Shown piece by piece: positions 9,635-18,906 of a stretch of DNA of 64,000 bases; the first letter of the stretch is position 1; each line of letters begins with the position of its first letter. The position numbers were made by a program, and so were the translations under genes. Under the pieces are notes generated by a model. The model saw only the letters and a program-made list of their open reading frames with translations. It searched no databases and had not been told where the DNA came from. The stretch covers positions 1 through 64,000 of the IMG/VR virus record IMGVR_UViG_3300017774_006743; one strand, written 5' to 3'. The DNA comes from a virus. Its lineage: Duplodnaviria; Caudoviricetes.

Positions 9635-10846
9635 ATGTTTTCTAATCCGTATCAACCCAATCCTTTTAGTCCAACAAAATTTGTACAGCCAGGTTTTAGT
9701 CATATTATAGCTCCAAGAGCTGTTGAACACACCCCAAAAGAATTAGAATATCCCCGAGTTGTTCAATATATTGGTGATCAATCCGGATGCGCACACTATC
9801 GGATGTTGTGGCCTGAACATATATTAAATGCTGAAGGGAAGGCGATGTCATCGTCCTTAACATGTATGGTCCTACAACCACAGTGGTATCAAGGTGTAAA
9901 GGTTATTAAGCTTCAAAGACAAGCAACGGAAGTACAAAAGCAATTCATTCAATTCCTTAAATCAATTCAACCTGATTATGGTTTCCGGATTGTTTATGAG
10001 GTTGATGATGTTGTTTTCTCCGAGGATATTCCTGATTACAACCGGTTTAAATTCGCGTTTGAATCAAACGAAATACGTCAAAACTGTATTGACATGATTA
10101 ACATGTGTGATGAGGTCACCGTCACGTGTCAATTCATGAAAGAGTTATATCAAGAACGAACAGGGAAAAAGGAGATTTCTGTTATTCCAAATTTTCCACC
10201 GAATTGGTGGATGGGATACTTGTATAACAGGGATAAAATTTACAAGAACTTTGACATAAACTACAGAAAGCCTCGAATTCTCTACACCGGTTCGGGAGCC
10301 CACTTTGATGTTGATAACAAAAACAATGGGGTTGATGATTTTTCTCATGTTGTTGATGCTGTCCGGAAGTCTGTTCATAAATTTCAGTGGGTGTTTATTG
10401 GATCGTTTCCTCCTTCTCTTCGGGATCTAGTTAAATCCCGACATATTGAATTTCACCCCTGGCAGACCATATATAAGTACCCTCATATGGTGTTTAATCT
10501 TAACCCAACAGTTACAATTGCTCCACTTCATAATAATAATTTCAACAAGGCAAAGTCAGATATCAAATTTATTGAATCATCAATAATGGGTATACCATCT
10601 TTCTGTCAGGACATGTGTACATATGAAAATGCAATGTTTAAATTCAAAACTGGGGAAGAACTAGTTGATAGTATTACCAGCCTTGTGAGAAATAAAACAC
10701 TCTACAAAAAAGTTGTCCCAGAATTGAGACAAATTGGATCAAAAAGATTCCTCGAACATGCTGAAAATCACTTATGCTACGAAGATCTAATACTTCACCC
10801 TTTTAATTCACCAAATCGAACATATATGAATCGGTTTAATAGTTGA
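9635..10846 (+). CDS. Glycosyltransferase, GT-B fold (GT4-like)
   Basis: DQSGCAHYR..YEVDD..VIPN..IAPL..NNFNKAKSDIKFIE..GIP pattern. Confidence 0.8.
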   Translation: MFSNPYQPNPFSPTKFVQPGFSHIIAPRAVEHTPKELEYPRVVQYIGDQSGCAHYRMLWPEHILNAEGKAMSSSLTCMVLQPQWYQGVKVIKLQRQATEVQKQFIQFLKSIQPDYGFRIVYEVDDVVFSEDIPDYNRFKFAFESNEIRQNCIDMINMCDEVTVTCQFMKELYQERTGKKEISVIPNFPPNWWMGYLYNRDKIYKNFDINYRKPRILYTGSGAHFDVDNKNNGVDDFSHVVDAVRKSVHKFQWVFIGSFPPSLRDLVKSRHIEFHPWQTIYKYPHMVFNLNPTVTIAPLHNNNFNKAKSDIKFIESSIMGIPSFCQDMCTYENAMFKFKTGEELVDSITSLVRNKTLYKKVVPELRQIGSKRFLEHAENHLCYEDLILHPFNSPNRTYMNRFNS

Positions 10847-10853
10847 ATTTAGA

Positions 10854-10869
10854 GGAAAAGCAGTAAAAT
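10854..10869 (+). promoter_or_regulatory. GGAAA-N5-TAAAAT motif upstream of DNA polymerase
   Basis: GGAAA agcag TAAAAT, 6 nt before the GTG start. Confidence 0.5.
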
Positions 10870-10875
10870 TAACAA

Positions 10876-13461
10876 GTGTTTAGAAACTGTTATTATAATT
10901 CTTTTGAGAAAGAAATATCCCTTGCAACTTGGGATAAAGATGGTAAGCGAGTAAGGTATAATATACCATTTGAACCATATCTATATCTTGAGGACCCAAA
11001 AGGTACATACAAATCTATTTTTAATACCCCTCTCGCGAAGAAAACCTTCCGGAATGGATTTGAAAAAAATAAATTCCTCCGTGATACCGGAATTAAAAGA
11101 GTATTTGGAAACTTTCAACCGGTACAACAATTTCTGATTGATACATACTGGAGAGAGAATGAGACTCCCGAATTTACATCAAAACCACTTAACATTTTAT
11201 TTTTGGACATTGAGACTATCTCTGAAACAGACCCAACGTTTCCAAATCCAGAGGATCCAAATCACCCAGTTGTGTCTTTAGCATGTTATTCATCTCTTTA
11301 TACAGAGATGATATGCTTTGGATTAGGAGCTTATACAGGTTCAAGAACAGACTTCAAGTATGTTAATTGTAAATCAGAAAAGGAATTGTTTTTAAACTTT
11401 ATCAAATATCTGGAACAAGATTATCCAGATTTGATGACAGCTTATAATGGGGAGATATTTGACTTCCCATATATTATTAATCGTTGTACAAAAGTGTGTG
11501 GTGAAGATATCACAAAAAGGTTATCACCACATAAAAAGATTCGTATCTCTGTTATACCACCTTCTGCGGCGTCTTTTGGTAAAGAAAGAAAGCGTTACTT
11601 TATTGAAGGTATTGCAGTTGTAGATTACCTTGAGATTTACAAGAGATTTCAGTTCTCTCCTCGTGACTCATTTAAGCTTGATAACATTGCAGAGATTGAA
11701 CTTGGTGAAAACAAAGTAGATTTTGGGATGATGTCTCTTACCACTTTGATGAAAGAAGATTGGAATAAGTTCATCGAATATAACGTTCAAGACGTTAACT
11801 TGCTTGTTAGACTTGATGATAAGCTCGGATTTGTTAATCTCCTTAGAATGTTAGCTTATACAGGGTTGACCAATTTAGATTCTGCAATGGGTTCTATTGT
11901 TGTTAACACCGGTGCATTTGCAATTAAAGCAAAGCAACTGGGTAAGATATTAAGTACCTTTATTAGAAATGATCCAGATAGCACAAACCCCGGGGCATTT
12001 GTAGCTGAATCACAACCTGGCTTCCAAGAACAGTTTATTTACTTTGATGCAAGTTCACTGTACCCAAATACGATGATTACCTTAAATTTGTCACCCGAGA
12101 CAAAAGTTGGTAAGCTTTTAGAACAAGAGGACGGCTCTGTAGTTCTTAGGCACGTCTCTGGAAAGGAATTCCCAATGTCGAGGGAAAAATTCAACGATTT
12201 ATGTATTAAAGAACAATTGTGTATTTCAAAGTTTAATATTGTTTTTAGTCAAAAGAGCAAAGGCATCTTCCCAATGTTTTTAGAGGAAAAATATGATGAA
12301 CGTGTCCGAATTAAGACTCGGATGAAAGAACTTAGAATGGAGCGATTAAAATATAAGAAATTTGACGCACAGATAGATAAAATTGATAACGAACTCAAAC
12401 TTCTTGATGCAAAGCAAATGTGTATTAAGGTGTTAATTAACTCTGCTTATGGGTTCCTTGGAAATAAAAATGCAAGTATTGGTGATGATGACCTTGCATC
12501 TTCAATTACATTAACTGGTCAAAGTGTTATTAAAAAAGCAGCTGAAATTTACTGTGAATATCTCAAAAATAACGGGATAAACATGACTGACGAGCAATGC
12601 CGGATTGCAGGTGATACTGACAGTTGTGTTTTAAAGATGAAAGAACTTCTCAAAATTAAGAATATACCATTTTTGACTGAAGATGGTAAGTTGACAGAAG
12701 GTGTATATGAAGAAGCACAAAAAGTTCAAAACTTTCTAAATACAAATATTAATGAATGGGCAAAAAAAGAACTAAAGACAAAAGACCCCCGTTTCTCTTT
12801 TAAGCGAGAACTTATCGGTTCATGTGGTTTATTCTTAGCAAAGAAAAGATACGTACTACACATGTTGGACGATGAAGGTGTTCCTTGCAATAAGTATAAG
12901 TATACTGGTGTTGAGGTTGTTCGAACAACAATGCCAAAACAAATTAAACCTTACGCAAAAAAGATTATTGAAACGATGATTACAACTAAGTCTCGAGCAG
13001 AAGTGGATAAGGTTGTAAAGGAGTGTTATGATATTTTCAAAACACTTCCAATTCAAGACCTTGCTTTCGTGATGGGGATTAAAGGATATAGAAAATATAC
13101 AGGTAACCTTACAGACTTTAATATCCCAGATGGGTCTGGAACACCGGTTCATGTCAAGTCAGCGTATTACTATAATAAGCTTCTGAAAGAGTTTAATATT
13201 CAGAGTAATTACGAATCAATTGCTGATGGTGATAAATGTAGGTTCTTCTACGTCGAACAACCAAACAAATATCGGATTGAATCTGCCGGGTTTAAGTATG
13301 AATGGCCTAGTGAGTTTAATGATATTATCAAAATTGATCATGAAAAAATGTTTAACAAGATTCTCTTTTCAATGATTGAAAGATTTTATGATTGTGTTAA
13401 ATGGCAAGTAAGAAAACCAAGTGAAAATGTTAGGATTGAATTGGTTGATTTATTTGGTTGA
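10876..13461 (+). CDS. gp43: Family B DNA polymerase gp43
   Basis: ExoI LDIET, ExoII YNGEIFDFPY, ExoIII YNVQD, FDASSLYP, KVLINSAYG, GDTDS; GTG start. Confidence 0.97.
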   Translation: MFRNCYYNSFEKEISLATWDKDGKRVRYNIPFEPYLYLEDPKGTYKSIFNTPLAKKTFRNGFEKNKFLRDTGIKRVFGNFQPVQQFLIDTYWRENETPEFTSKPLNILFLDIETISETDPTFPNPEDPNHPVVSLACYSSLYTEMICFGLGAYTGSRTDFKYVNCKSEKELFLNFIKYLEQDYPDLMTAYNGEIFDFPYIINRCTKVCGEDITKRLSPHKKIRISVIPPSAASFGKERKRYFIEGIAVVDYLEIYKRFQFSPRDSFKLDNIAEIELGENKVDFGMMSLTTLMKEDWNKFIEYNVQDVNLLVRLDDKLGFVNLLRMLAYTGLTNLDSAMGSIVVNTGAFAIKAKQLGKILSTFIRNDPDSTNPGAFVAESQPGFQEQFIYFDASSLYPNTMITLNLSPETKVGKLLEQEDGSVVLRHVSGKEFPMSREKFNDLCIKEQLCISKFNIVFSQKSKGIFPMFLEEKYDERVRIKTRMKELRMERLKYKKFDAQIDKIDNELKLLDAKQMCIKVLINSAYGFLGNKNASIGDDDLASSITLTGQSVIKKAAEIYCEYLKNNGINMTDEQCRIAGDTDSCVLKMKELLKIKNIPFLTEDGKLTEGVYEEAQKVQNFLNTNINEWAKKELKTKDPRFSFKRELIGSCGLFLAKKRYVLHMLDDEGVPCNKYKYTGVEVVRTTMPKQIKPYAKKIIETMITTKSRAEVDKVVKECYDIFKTLPIQDLAFVMGIKGYRKYTGNLTDFNIPDGSGTPVHVKSAYYYNKLLKEFNIQSNYESIADGDKCRFFYVEQPNKYRIESAGFKYEWPSEFNDIIKIDHEKMFNKILFSMIERFYDCVKWQVRKPSENVRIELVDLFG

Positions 13462-13472
13462 GACGTTATAAT
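13445..13472 (+). promoter_or_regulatory. Sigma70-like promoter
   Basis: TTGATT-N16-TATAAT, 10 nt before ATG 13483. Confidence 0.55.
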
Positions 13473-13482
13473 TAAATTGTAA

Positions 13483-13830
13483 ATGAAAATGAAATTAGTA
13501 ACATTAATTGATTCAGTCGGTCGGTATATCATCGGAACTTTTTACAGCGAAAATGATACTTCCATTACTCTCAAAACACCGGTAATTCTAAACGTACAGC
13601 CTGATCAAAATTCAGGGAAGCTCCATATTCAAACATTCCCACTATTCTTCAAAGAGTTTTTGACTGCAGAGTCTGGTAATTGTTGGACATATCAAAAAAG
13701 CGGCATTGTAATTGGTGAAGTTGAACTTGAAGATCGTCTTGTCCAACAATATAATTCGATTGCAAACCCACAATTGGTTTCCCAAGCTACACCAACAGAC
13801 AGTAAGGTAATTAAACTTTTTGAAGACTAA
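13483..13830 (+). CDS. Conserved T4-like hypothetical protein (possibly Sm-like fold)
   Basis: 115 aa, beta-rich KLVTLIDSVGRYIIG..TLKTPVIL pattern. Confidence 0.55.
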   Translation: MKMKLVTLIDSVGRYIIGTFYSENDTSITLKTPVILNVQPDQNSGKLHIQTFPLFFKEFLTAESGNCWTYQKSGIVIGEVELEDRLVQQYNSIANPQLVSQATPTDSKVIKLFED

Positions 13831-13831
13831 T

Positions 13832-14170
13832 ATGATGAGCTATTCACCCGACACTGCGGTGGCATATTACCCAGAGCCCCCACGGGGGGCGACTTCGATG
13901 GGTGTGTCACCCTCACAAGGAGCTGTTAAGGACGAAATATTTCAGCGTATTGAAAATCTTCGTGGTGAATTAGGGGTAATATCAGAACTGACTAACCAAA
14001 TACACATGCTCACTGAGCCATACAGGCAATACCCAAGTGATTGTGTGGAATGCGGTGGTGAAAATAAAAAAATTCGTTGTCAATCACCCCTTGCGGACAT
14101 TGTGGAAAAAATGTCCGAACATGCGAATGATATTATTAGTTCTCTTCGATATACCATATCAACACTATAA
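13832..14170 (+). CDS. Hypothetical protein
   Basis: ATG right after the upstream stop; TAATG coupling to uvsX. Confidence 0.55.
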   Translation: MMSYSPDTAVAYYPEPPRGATSMGVSPSQGAVKDEIFQRIENLRGELGVISELTNQIHMLTEPYRQYPSDCVECGGENKKIRCQSPLADIVEKMSEHANDIISSLRYTISTL

Positions 14171-15267
14171 TGGATAAAGACGTCTTACAAGCACTCAGCG
14201 CAATTGATGAGGTTAATCCTTACGCAACTTTCTTAAATGAAAGTACATTATCAAATATTGATGGTTATATCGATACGGGATCTTATGTTCTTAACGCTTT
14301 AATATCGGGCTCACTTCATGGTGGTGTCCCGATGGGGCGTGTGACAGTATTTGGGGGCCCATCTCAGACAGGGAAGTCTCTTTTTGTTCTTAAGATTCTT
14401 GCAAATGCTCAAAAACGTGGGTTAATTCCTGTCATTTTTGATACTGAAAACGCAATTGATTCTGTATCAGCTAGTCGAATTGGATTAGACCCTTCGAAGA
14501 TCAAATATGTACCTTGTGTAACTATTGAGCAAACGAGAAATGCTATTTTTAAGTTTCTTAATTCTGTAAAAGAAAAGGGACTTGAAGGTAAGTTTATCAT
14601 TGCAATTGACTCTCTTGGGAATCTTCAATCACAACAAGAAATGTCCAGAATGGAGAAGGAATCTTCTTCAGCTGACATGGGTTCAACAGCTCGAGCAATG
14701 AAATCGTTGATGAAGACATTGACAAATCTTTGTGGTCTCACAAAGACTACTGCGATTTGCACAAATCACGTTTATGATGATCCATCTGCAATGTTTCCCT
14801 CTCTTGAAAAACATATGCCCGGTGGCCGCTCTGTTGTTTATCTCCCCTCTGTAACTGTTCAACTTGCACGCAAACCTGTTAAGTCTGATGGTGGTAAAAC
14901 GATTGATGACGAACTTGAAGCTGGTCAGAAAAACTATTCAGGTGTAATTCTTCGAGCACTTACAGTTAAGAACAGATTTATTCGACAATATCTCGAAGGA
15001 GAAATGTACTTGTCGTTTACATCTGGTCTAGATCGTTATTACGGTCTTCTTGATTTGTGTGTTGGTTTTGATATTGTTATTCAAACTGGATCAGTATATG
15101 CTCTTCCAGACGGAACCAAGCTTGGTTACTTCAAAAACTTCCGAAAGAATATTGATTTGTGGGAAAAGACCCTTCTTCCTGAACTTGAGAAAGTAATTAA
15201 AGAAAAATGGGCTTATTCATCCGGAGAGCAATCAGATGATTTGGATGATATTGATGACGAAGAGTAA
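14170..15267 (+). CDS. uvsX: RecA-like recombinase UvsX
   Basis: IDTGSYVLNALISG, GPSQTGKS, IAIDSLG, TNHVY, GGRSVVY. Confidence 0.95.
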   Translation: MDKDVLQALSAIDEVNPYATFLNESTLSNIDGYIDTGSYVLNALISGSLHGGVPMGRVTVFGGPSQTGKSLFVLKILANAQKRGLIPVIFDTENAIDSVSASRIGLDPSKIKYVPCVTIEQTRNAIFKFLNSVKEKGLEGKFIIAIDSLGNLQSQQEMSRMEKESSSADMGSTARAMKSLMKTLTNLCGLTKTTAICTNHVYDDPSAMFPSLEKHMPGGRSVVYLPSVTVQLARKPVKSDGGKTIDDELEAGQKNYSGVILRALTVKNRFIRQYLEGEMYLSFTSGLDRYYGLLDLCVGFDIVIQTGSVYALPDGTKLGYFKNFRKNIDLWEKTLLPELEKVIKEKWAYSSGEQSDDLDDIDDEE

Positions 15268-15282
15268 AAAAAAGTTAACGAT

Positions 15283-15310
15283 GAAGAGCGGATCGAAAGG
15301 TCCGCTCTTC
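15283..15310 (+). terminator. Strong hairpin after uvsX, probable terminator or RNA-stabilising element
   Basis: gaagagcggatc-GAAA-ggtccgctcttc: 12-bp stem with one G-U and a GNRA loop; no U-tract follows. Confidence 0.6.
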
Positions 15311-15315
15311 CCCCA

Positions 15316-15321
15316 TAAATA
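15316..15321 (+). promoter_or_regulatory. Late promoter TAAATA
   Basis: CATAAATA-N5-ATG. Confidence 0.5.
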
Positions 15322-15326
15322 AAAAT

Positions 15327-15599
15327 ATGCGTTTCCTAAAACTCTTAATCCCAATACTTATTATTGGATGCAGTGGTACAACACCCGTTAATTCTCGTGA
15401 TAATTTCACATTTTCAAAAGCATTAGTTGAACTGTCGTACATCTCAAATGAAACATCCGAGCTTCAACAACTTTTAACAATCGTGGAATCAAATGCATCC
15501 CCAAGTAAAAAGTTCACGGAGTGGGATACAAAATTTGAAGACAGCGTTAAGATTGAAGTAATCAAAAAATACATTAAAGAGGGTCATAAAGGACTATGA
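15327..15599 (+). CDS. Predicted lipoprotein
   Basis: MRFLKLLIPILIIGC: basic N-terminus, hydrophobic stretch, lipobox IIG-C. Confidence 0.65.
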   Translation: MRFLKLLIPILIIGCSGTTPVNSRDNFTFSKALVELSYISNETSELQQLLTIVESNASPSKKFTEWDTKFEDSVKIEVIKKYIKEGHKGL

Positions 15600-16348
15600 A
15601 AATAAAATTAACACGTGAAAATTTCCGTTTCGTCCGACCATCACTTCCGGATAGTCGTGATATAATTTACAAATCAACTGCAGCTAATATAACAGAATAT
15701 TCTCTAGAAGAATATAGAGGACCAATTTTAGACCAAGGTTCATATGGTGCATGTACTGGGTTTGGAACAGCTGGAATGCTTAGAACCACATTTAAGAGAT
15801 TAACAGATCTCGAAGTTGACTTTAACCCATGGTACATTTATTACAATGCGCGGTCTCGTTCAGGATGGCGTTATAAAGATGAAGGAGCATACCCAAGAGA
15901 GGTATTCAAGTCATTGGTTGATGACGGAGTTATTGAAGTCTCAAAATGGAATCCAAAAAACAAGATCAAAGAAGATCCCCCAAAGTTTGGAGACGAGGAT
16001 TTGATTAAGTTTAAATCATACAAGAGATTTGATCTAAAATCAATCGAACAAATTCAGCGTGATTTTTCAAATTATATCGGTACTGAAAAATTACCAATTG
16101 GTATTGCGATGATTATTAATGAACAATCTGCAGCAGAAGCTGGAAGATCTGGTGTTTTTAACCTGTACGAAAATGACAAATCGATGGGTGGTCATTGGGT
16201 ATATGCTGATAAGGTGGACCAAAACGGTATTACACTTGTAAATTCCTGGTCCAACCGGTGGGGTAAAAATGGTACTGCAATAGTTCCTTGGGAAATATTC
16301 CCCTCAATTATATTCGAAGCTTGGTCATTAGATCCCAAACTTCCATAA
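15596..16348 (+). CDS. Papain-like cysteine peptidase (C1A)
   Basis: DQGSYGACTGF (oxyanion Q, catalytic C), GGHWV (H), VNSWSNRWG (N). Confidence 0.88.
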   Translation: MKIKLTRENFRFVRPSLPDSRDIIYKSTAANITEYSLEEYRGPILDQGSYGACTGFGTAGMLRTTFKRLTDLEVDFNPWYIYYNARSRSGWRYKDEGAYPREVFKSLVDDGVIEVSKWNPKNKIKEDPPKFGDEDLIKFKSYKRFDLKSIEQIQRDFSNYIGTEKLPIGIAMIINEQSAAEAGRSGVFNLYENDKSMGGHWVYADKVDQNGITLVNSWSNRWGKNGTAIVPWEIFPSIIFEAWSLDPKLP

Positions 16349-16352
16349 GTTA

Positions 16353-16368
16353 GGAAAGTCCATATAAT
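16353..16368 (+). promoter_or_regulatory. GGAAA-N5-TATAAT motif upstream of queC
   Basis: GGAAA gtcca TATAAT, 5 nt before ATG. Confidence 0.55.
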
Positions 16369-16373
16369 TAGTA

Positions 16374-17099
16374 ATGGAAAAAAAGTGCGTGTTAGCCCTT
16401 TCTGGGGGACTAGATTCATCTGTGTTGCTTCACAAAGCGTGTAAAGAATTTGACAAAGTTCATTGTATCTATTTTGATTACGATCAACGACACCGGAGAG
16501 AATTAGATTGCGCATGTGATCAAATCTGTGATGCTAATTCAAAATCATTTAAAGCTGATATAATCACATGCAAGCTTCCGCTTAGAACTATTTGTCCAGT
16601 TAGTTCTTTAACATCAGAGCATGTTGATACACCAGATGTACGGACAATGCTTGGAGAAGCTCAACCACTCTCTTATGTTCCATTTAGGAATATGTTGTTT
16701 CTTTCAATTCTGTTGTCTTACGCTGAGAGTAGAGGAGCAGAAACAGTATGGTATGGGGCTGCTGGTGTAGATTCAGCGGCTGGTTATTGGGATGCTGATA
16801 AATCATTTGTTGACCGAATGAATAGTGTTGTAGAACTCAATAGAGAACATCAAATTAAGATTGAAGCTCCTCTTATTGAATTGTCAAAGAAGCAAATCAT
16901 CGAGCTCGGTGTGTCTCTAAAGGTAGACTTTAAGAAAACATGGACATGCTATAGTGGAGCTGAAAAAGCTGACCCATATTCACCTTCTTCTTCTTCAAGA
17001 CTTAAAGGCTTTGTTGACGCTGGGTATATTGACCCGATCGAATATAATGTAGATCTAGACAAATTTTGGGCTTCAAATAACTGTAAGCCAATTATTTGA
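16374..17099 (+). CDS. queC: QueC-family PP-loop enzyme, variant lacking Zn cysteines
   Basis: SGGLDS, YDQRHRRE, YVPFRNMLFLS, APLIELSK, TWTCY; Zn motif reads ADPYSPSSSSR. Confidence 0.85.
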   Translation: MEKKCVLALSGGLDSSVLLHKACKEFDKVHCIYFDYDQRHRRELDCACDQICDANSKSFKADIITCKLPLRTICPVSSLTSEHVDTPDVRTMLGEAQPLSYVPFRNMLFLSILLSYAESRGAETVWYGAAGVDSAAGYWDADKSFVDRMNSVVELNREHQIKIEAPLIELSKKQIIELGVSLKVDFKKTWTCYSGAEKADPYSPSSSSRLKGFVDAGYIDPIEYNVDLDKFWASNNCKPII

Positions 17100-18141
17100 A
17101 ATACTGCTCGTTCTGTTGTTGAACTTGTTGCCACATTGTTGTTGGCTTAAAACGATCCCGAGTAGTAATGTAAGTAATCTTCTTCTTGAAGCTTTCTTCT
17201 TTAATAGGCTCTTCTTCGTCTTCAAAACGTTGCTCACCTGGCTTACTGTCGTGTACTCCAAGACCATATCCCTGATCATCAACACCAAGCTTTTGTGAGA
17301 CCGTTGGTTTCTTTGGTTTGTCATCTCCACCAAAATCAAACTCCCCAGGTGCATGTACAATAACCTCAAAGTCCACAGTATCAATTCCAAGAACTTTTGA
17401 AAGTGTTTGCTTCAAGGACTTTTCAACTTTTTCTGCACCAACCTTTTTTATGGTTTGTGTAATATTGCTATCAGCAGCAAATTCAAAATCAGAAGATGTT
17501 TCTGATTGATCAACATCTGGAGCAGTTCCACCATTTACCTTTGTAAGATAAGAAGTAAGACCTGCAACGTCGAGAGGTACATCCTCCCCCCATATAATTT
17601 CAATTATTGAAGTGTCAGCTGTAAATGAAGACGTTGGTGAAATATCATCAGTAGCAGCTGTTTTTTGTTGTTTAACTTCTTGCTTCTTAGCTTCCCTTTC
17701 AGCTCTAAGTTCATCGGCAGTCTTAACTGCTTTGAATTGTTGGAAGTCTTCTTTTGACCCAAATGTCTTCCCAACCATCTCCCCTTTTCCTCTTGTTCTG
17801 ATTTGTTGTAATCTTCCAAGGAATTGACCAAGGTTTTGTTCTGTGTAGCTCCGGAATTCATCAGCGATTTCATCCTTAACCACACCACTGTCGACTAGAT
17901 TTTTGATAAATTCCCCTGCTTCAGCAGCATACCGAGCACCAGCAAAAGAAGTGTCTTCTGGCATTAACCCTTTCTCTTTGAGGAATTCAATAATAAACTT
18001 AAACACAATTGGTCGAGCAACACCAAGCTTCTTATCTTCAATAGCCTTACGAAGATAACCAGTTTGGAATAGTGTTTCAAATCTACTTGTGCGAGCTTCA
18101 GTAATAACTTCTGCCCGTTTTATAACTTTTTCAAAAATCAT
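17092..18141 (-). CDS. Late protein of unknown function, possible internal head protein
   Basis: 349 aa; TAAATA-N5-ATG (18147-18152); VITEA resembles a prohead protease site. Confidence 0.55.
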   Translation of the reverse strand: MIFEKVIKRAEVITEARTSRFETLFQTGYLRKAIEDKKLGVARPIVFKFIIEFLKEKGLMPEDTSFAGARYAAEAGEFIKNLVDSGVVKDEIADEFRSYTEQNLGQFLGRLQQIRTRGKGEMVGKTFGSKEDFQQFKAVKTADELRAEREAKKQEVKQQKTAATDDISPTSSFTADTSIIEIIWGEDVPLDVAGLTSYLTKVNGGTAPDVDQSETSSDFEFAADSNITQTIKKVGAEKVEKSLKQTLSKVLGIDTVDFEVIVHAPGEFDFGGDDKPKKPTVSQKLGVDDQGYGLGVHDSKPGEQRFEDEEEPIKEESFKKKITYITTRDRFKPTTMWQQVQQQNEQYFK

Positions 18142-18155
18142 GTATATATTTAATG

Positions 18156-18171
18156 GGAAAGTATATAAGAT
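18156..18171 (+). promoter_or_regulatory. GGAAA-N5-TAAGAT motif upstream of the amidotransferase
   Basis: GGAAA gtata TAAGAT; a TAAATA (18202-18207) also lies 6 nt before the ATG. Confidence 0.45.
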
Positions 18172-18213
18172 AGAGGCAATAGATTTTCCAATTAGATAAG
18201 GTAAATAAATTAC

Positions 18214-18906
18214 ATGTGTGCAATTTTTGGATCCCCATCAGTATCAATGTTTGAAGTACTTTACGAAGCAAATAAAGTTCGTGGAGCCTTTGCGTCATCT
18301 ATATGTACCTTAATTAGGGATGAATATGGGGATGTATGTGATAATTGGGTTGGTAAATTTGAAAGAGTAATGGATCTCAACAAGATTGAGTTTATTGTTA
18401 ATGAACAAGCTTACATTCTTGGACATTTTCAAGCTCCAACATCGGCAAAAAGAAAGTGGGATTATGATACATCACACCCTTTTGAAACCCTTGATTGGTG
18501 TGTTGCTCATAATGGTGTAATTACTAATTTTGAAAAACTAAATAATACTTATACACCCTGGAATGTTAACCCAGTTGATTCATCAGTGATAGTAAGTATG
18601 ATTCAAAAAGAGTATGAAGACGAACAAACCACTTCTACAAAGAAAGAGTATGAGATACTCGAGAGGGTTTTGGGGCGCATTGAAGGTACTTTTGCTCTTT
18701 ATATCGTCAATGTTAATAACTGGAATACTTATATATGCCGTCAGGGGTCTACTCTCTTTTTTGACGAACATGGTAACTTCTCTTCAATAGCTGGGAAGAA
18801 CATGACAGTGGTACCAGAAGGTAAAATATTCCAACTGGTTGATAACTACAAAGCATTTAAACAGGTTGGTGAATTTACCTCAAAATCCCCATTTTTGATT
18901 TTATGA
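18214..18906 (+). CDS. Class II (Ntn) glutamine amidotransferase
   Basis: N-terminal MC (catalytic Cys after Met removal), RG, HPF, HNGVITN, VDS, GTFA. Confidence 0.88.
   Translation: MCAIFGSPSVSMFEVLYEANKVRGAFASSICTLIRDEYGDVCDNWVGKFERVMDLNKIEFIVNEQAYILGHFQAPTSAKRKWDYDTSHPFETLDWCVAHNGVITNFEKLNNTYTPWNVNPVDSSVIVSMIQKEYEDEQTTSTKKEYEILERVLGRIEGTFALYIVNVNNWNTYICRQGSTLFFDEHGNFSSIAGKNMTVVPEGKIFQLVDNYKAFKQVGEFTSKSPFLIL

Noticed and set aside
12595-12630. DNA polymerase motif C reads AGDTDS rather than YGDTDS
   Set aside because: T4 gp43 itself has AGDTDS, so this does not indicate altered nucleotide specificity.
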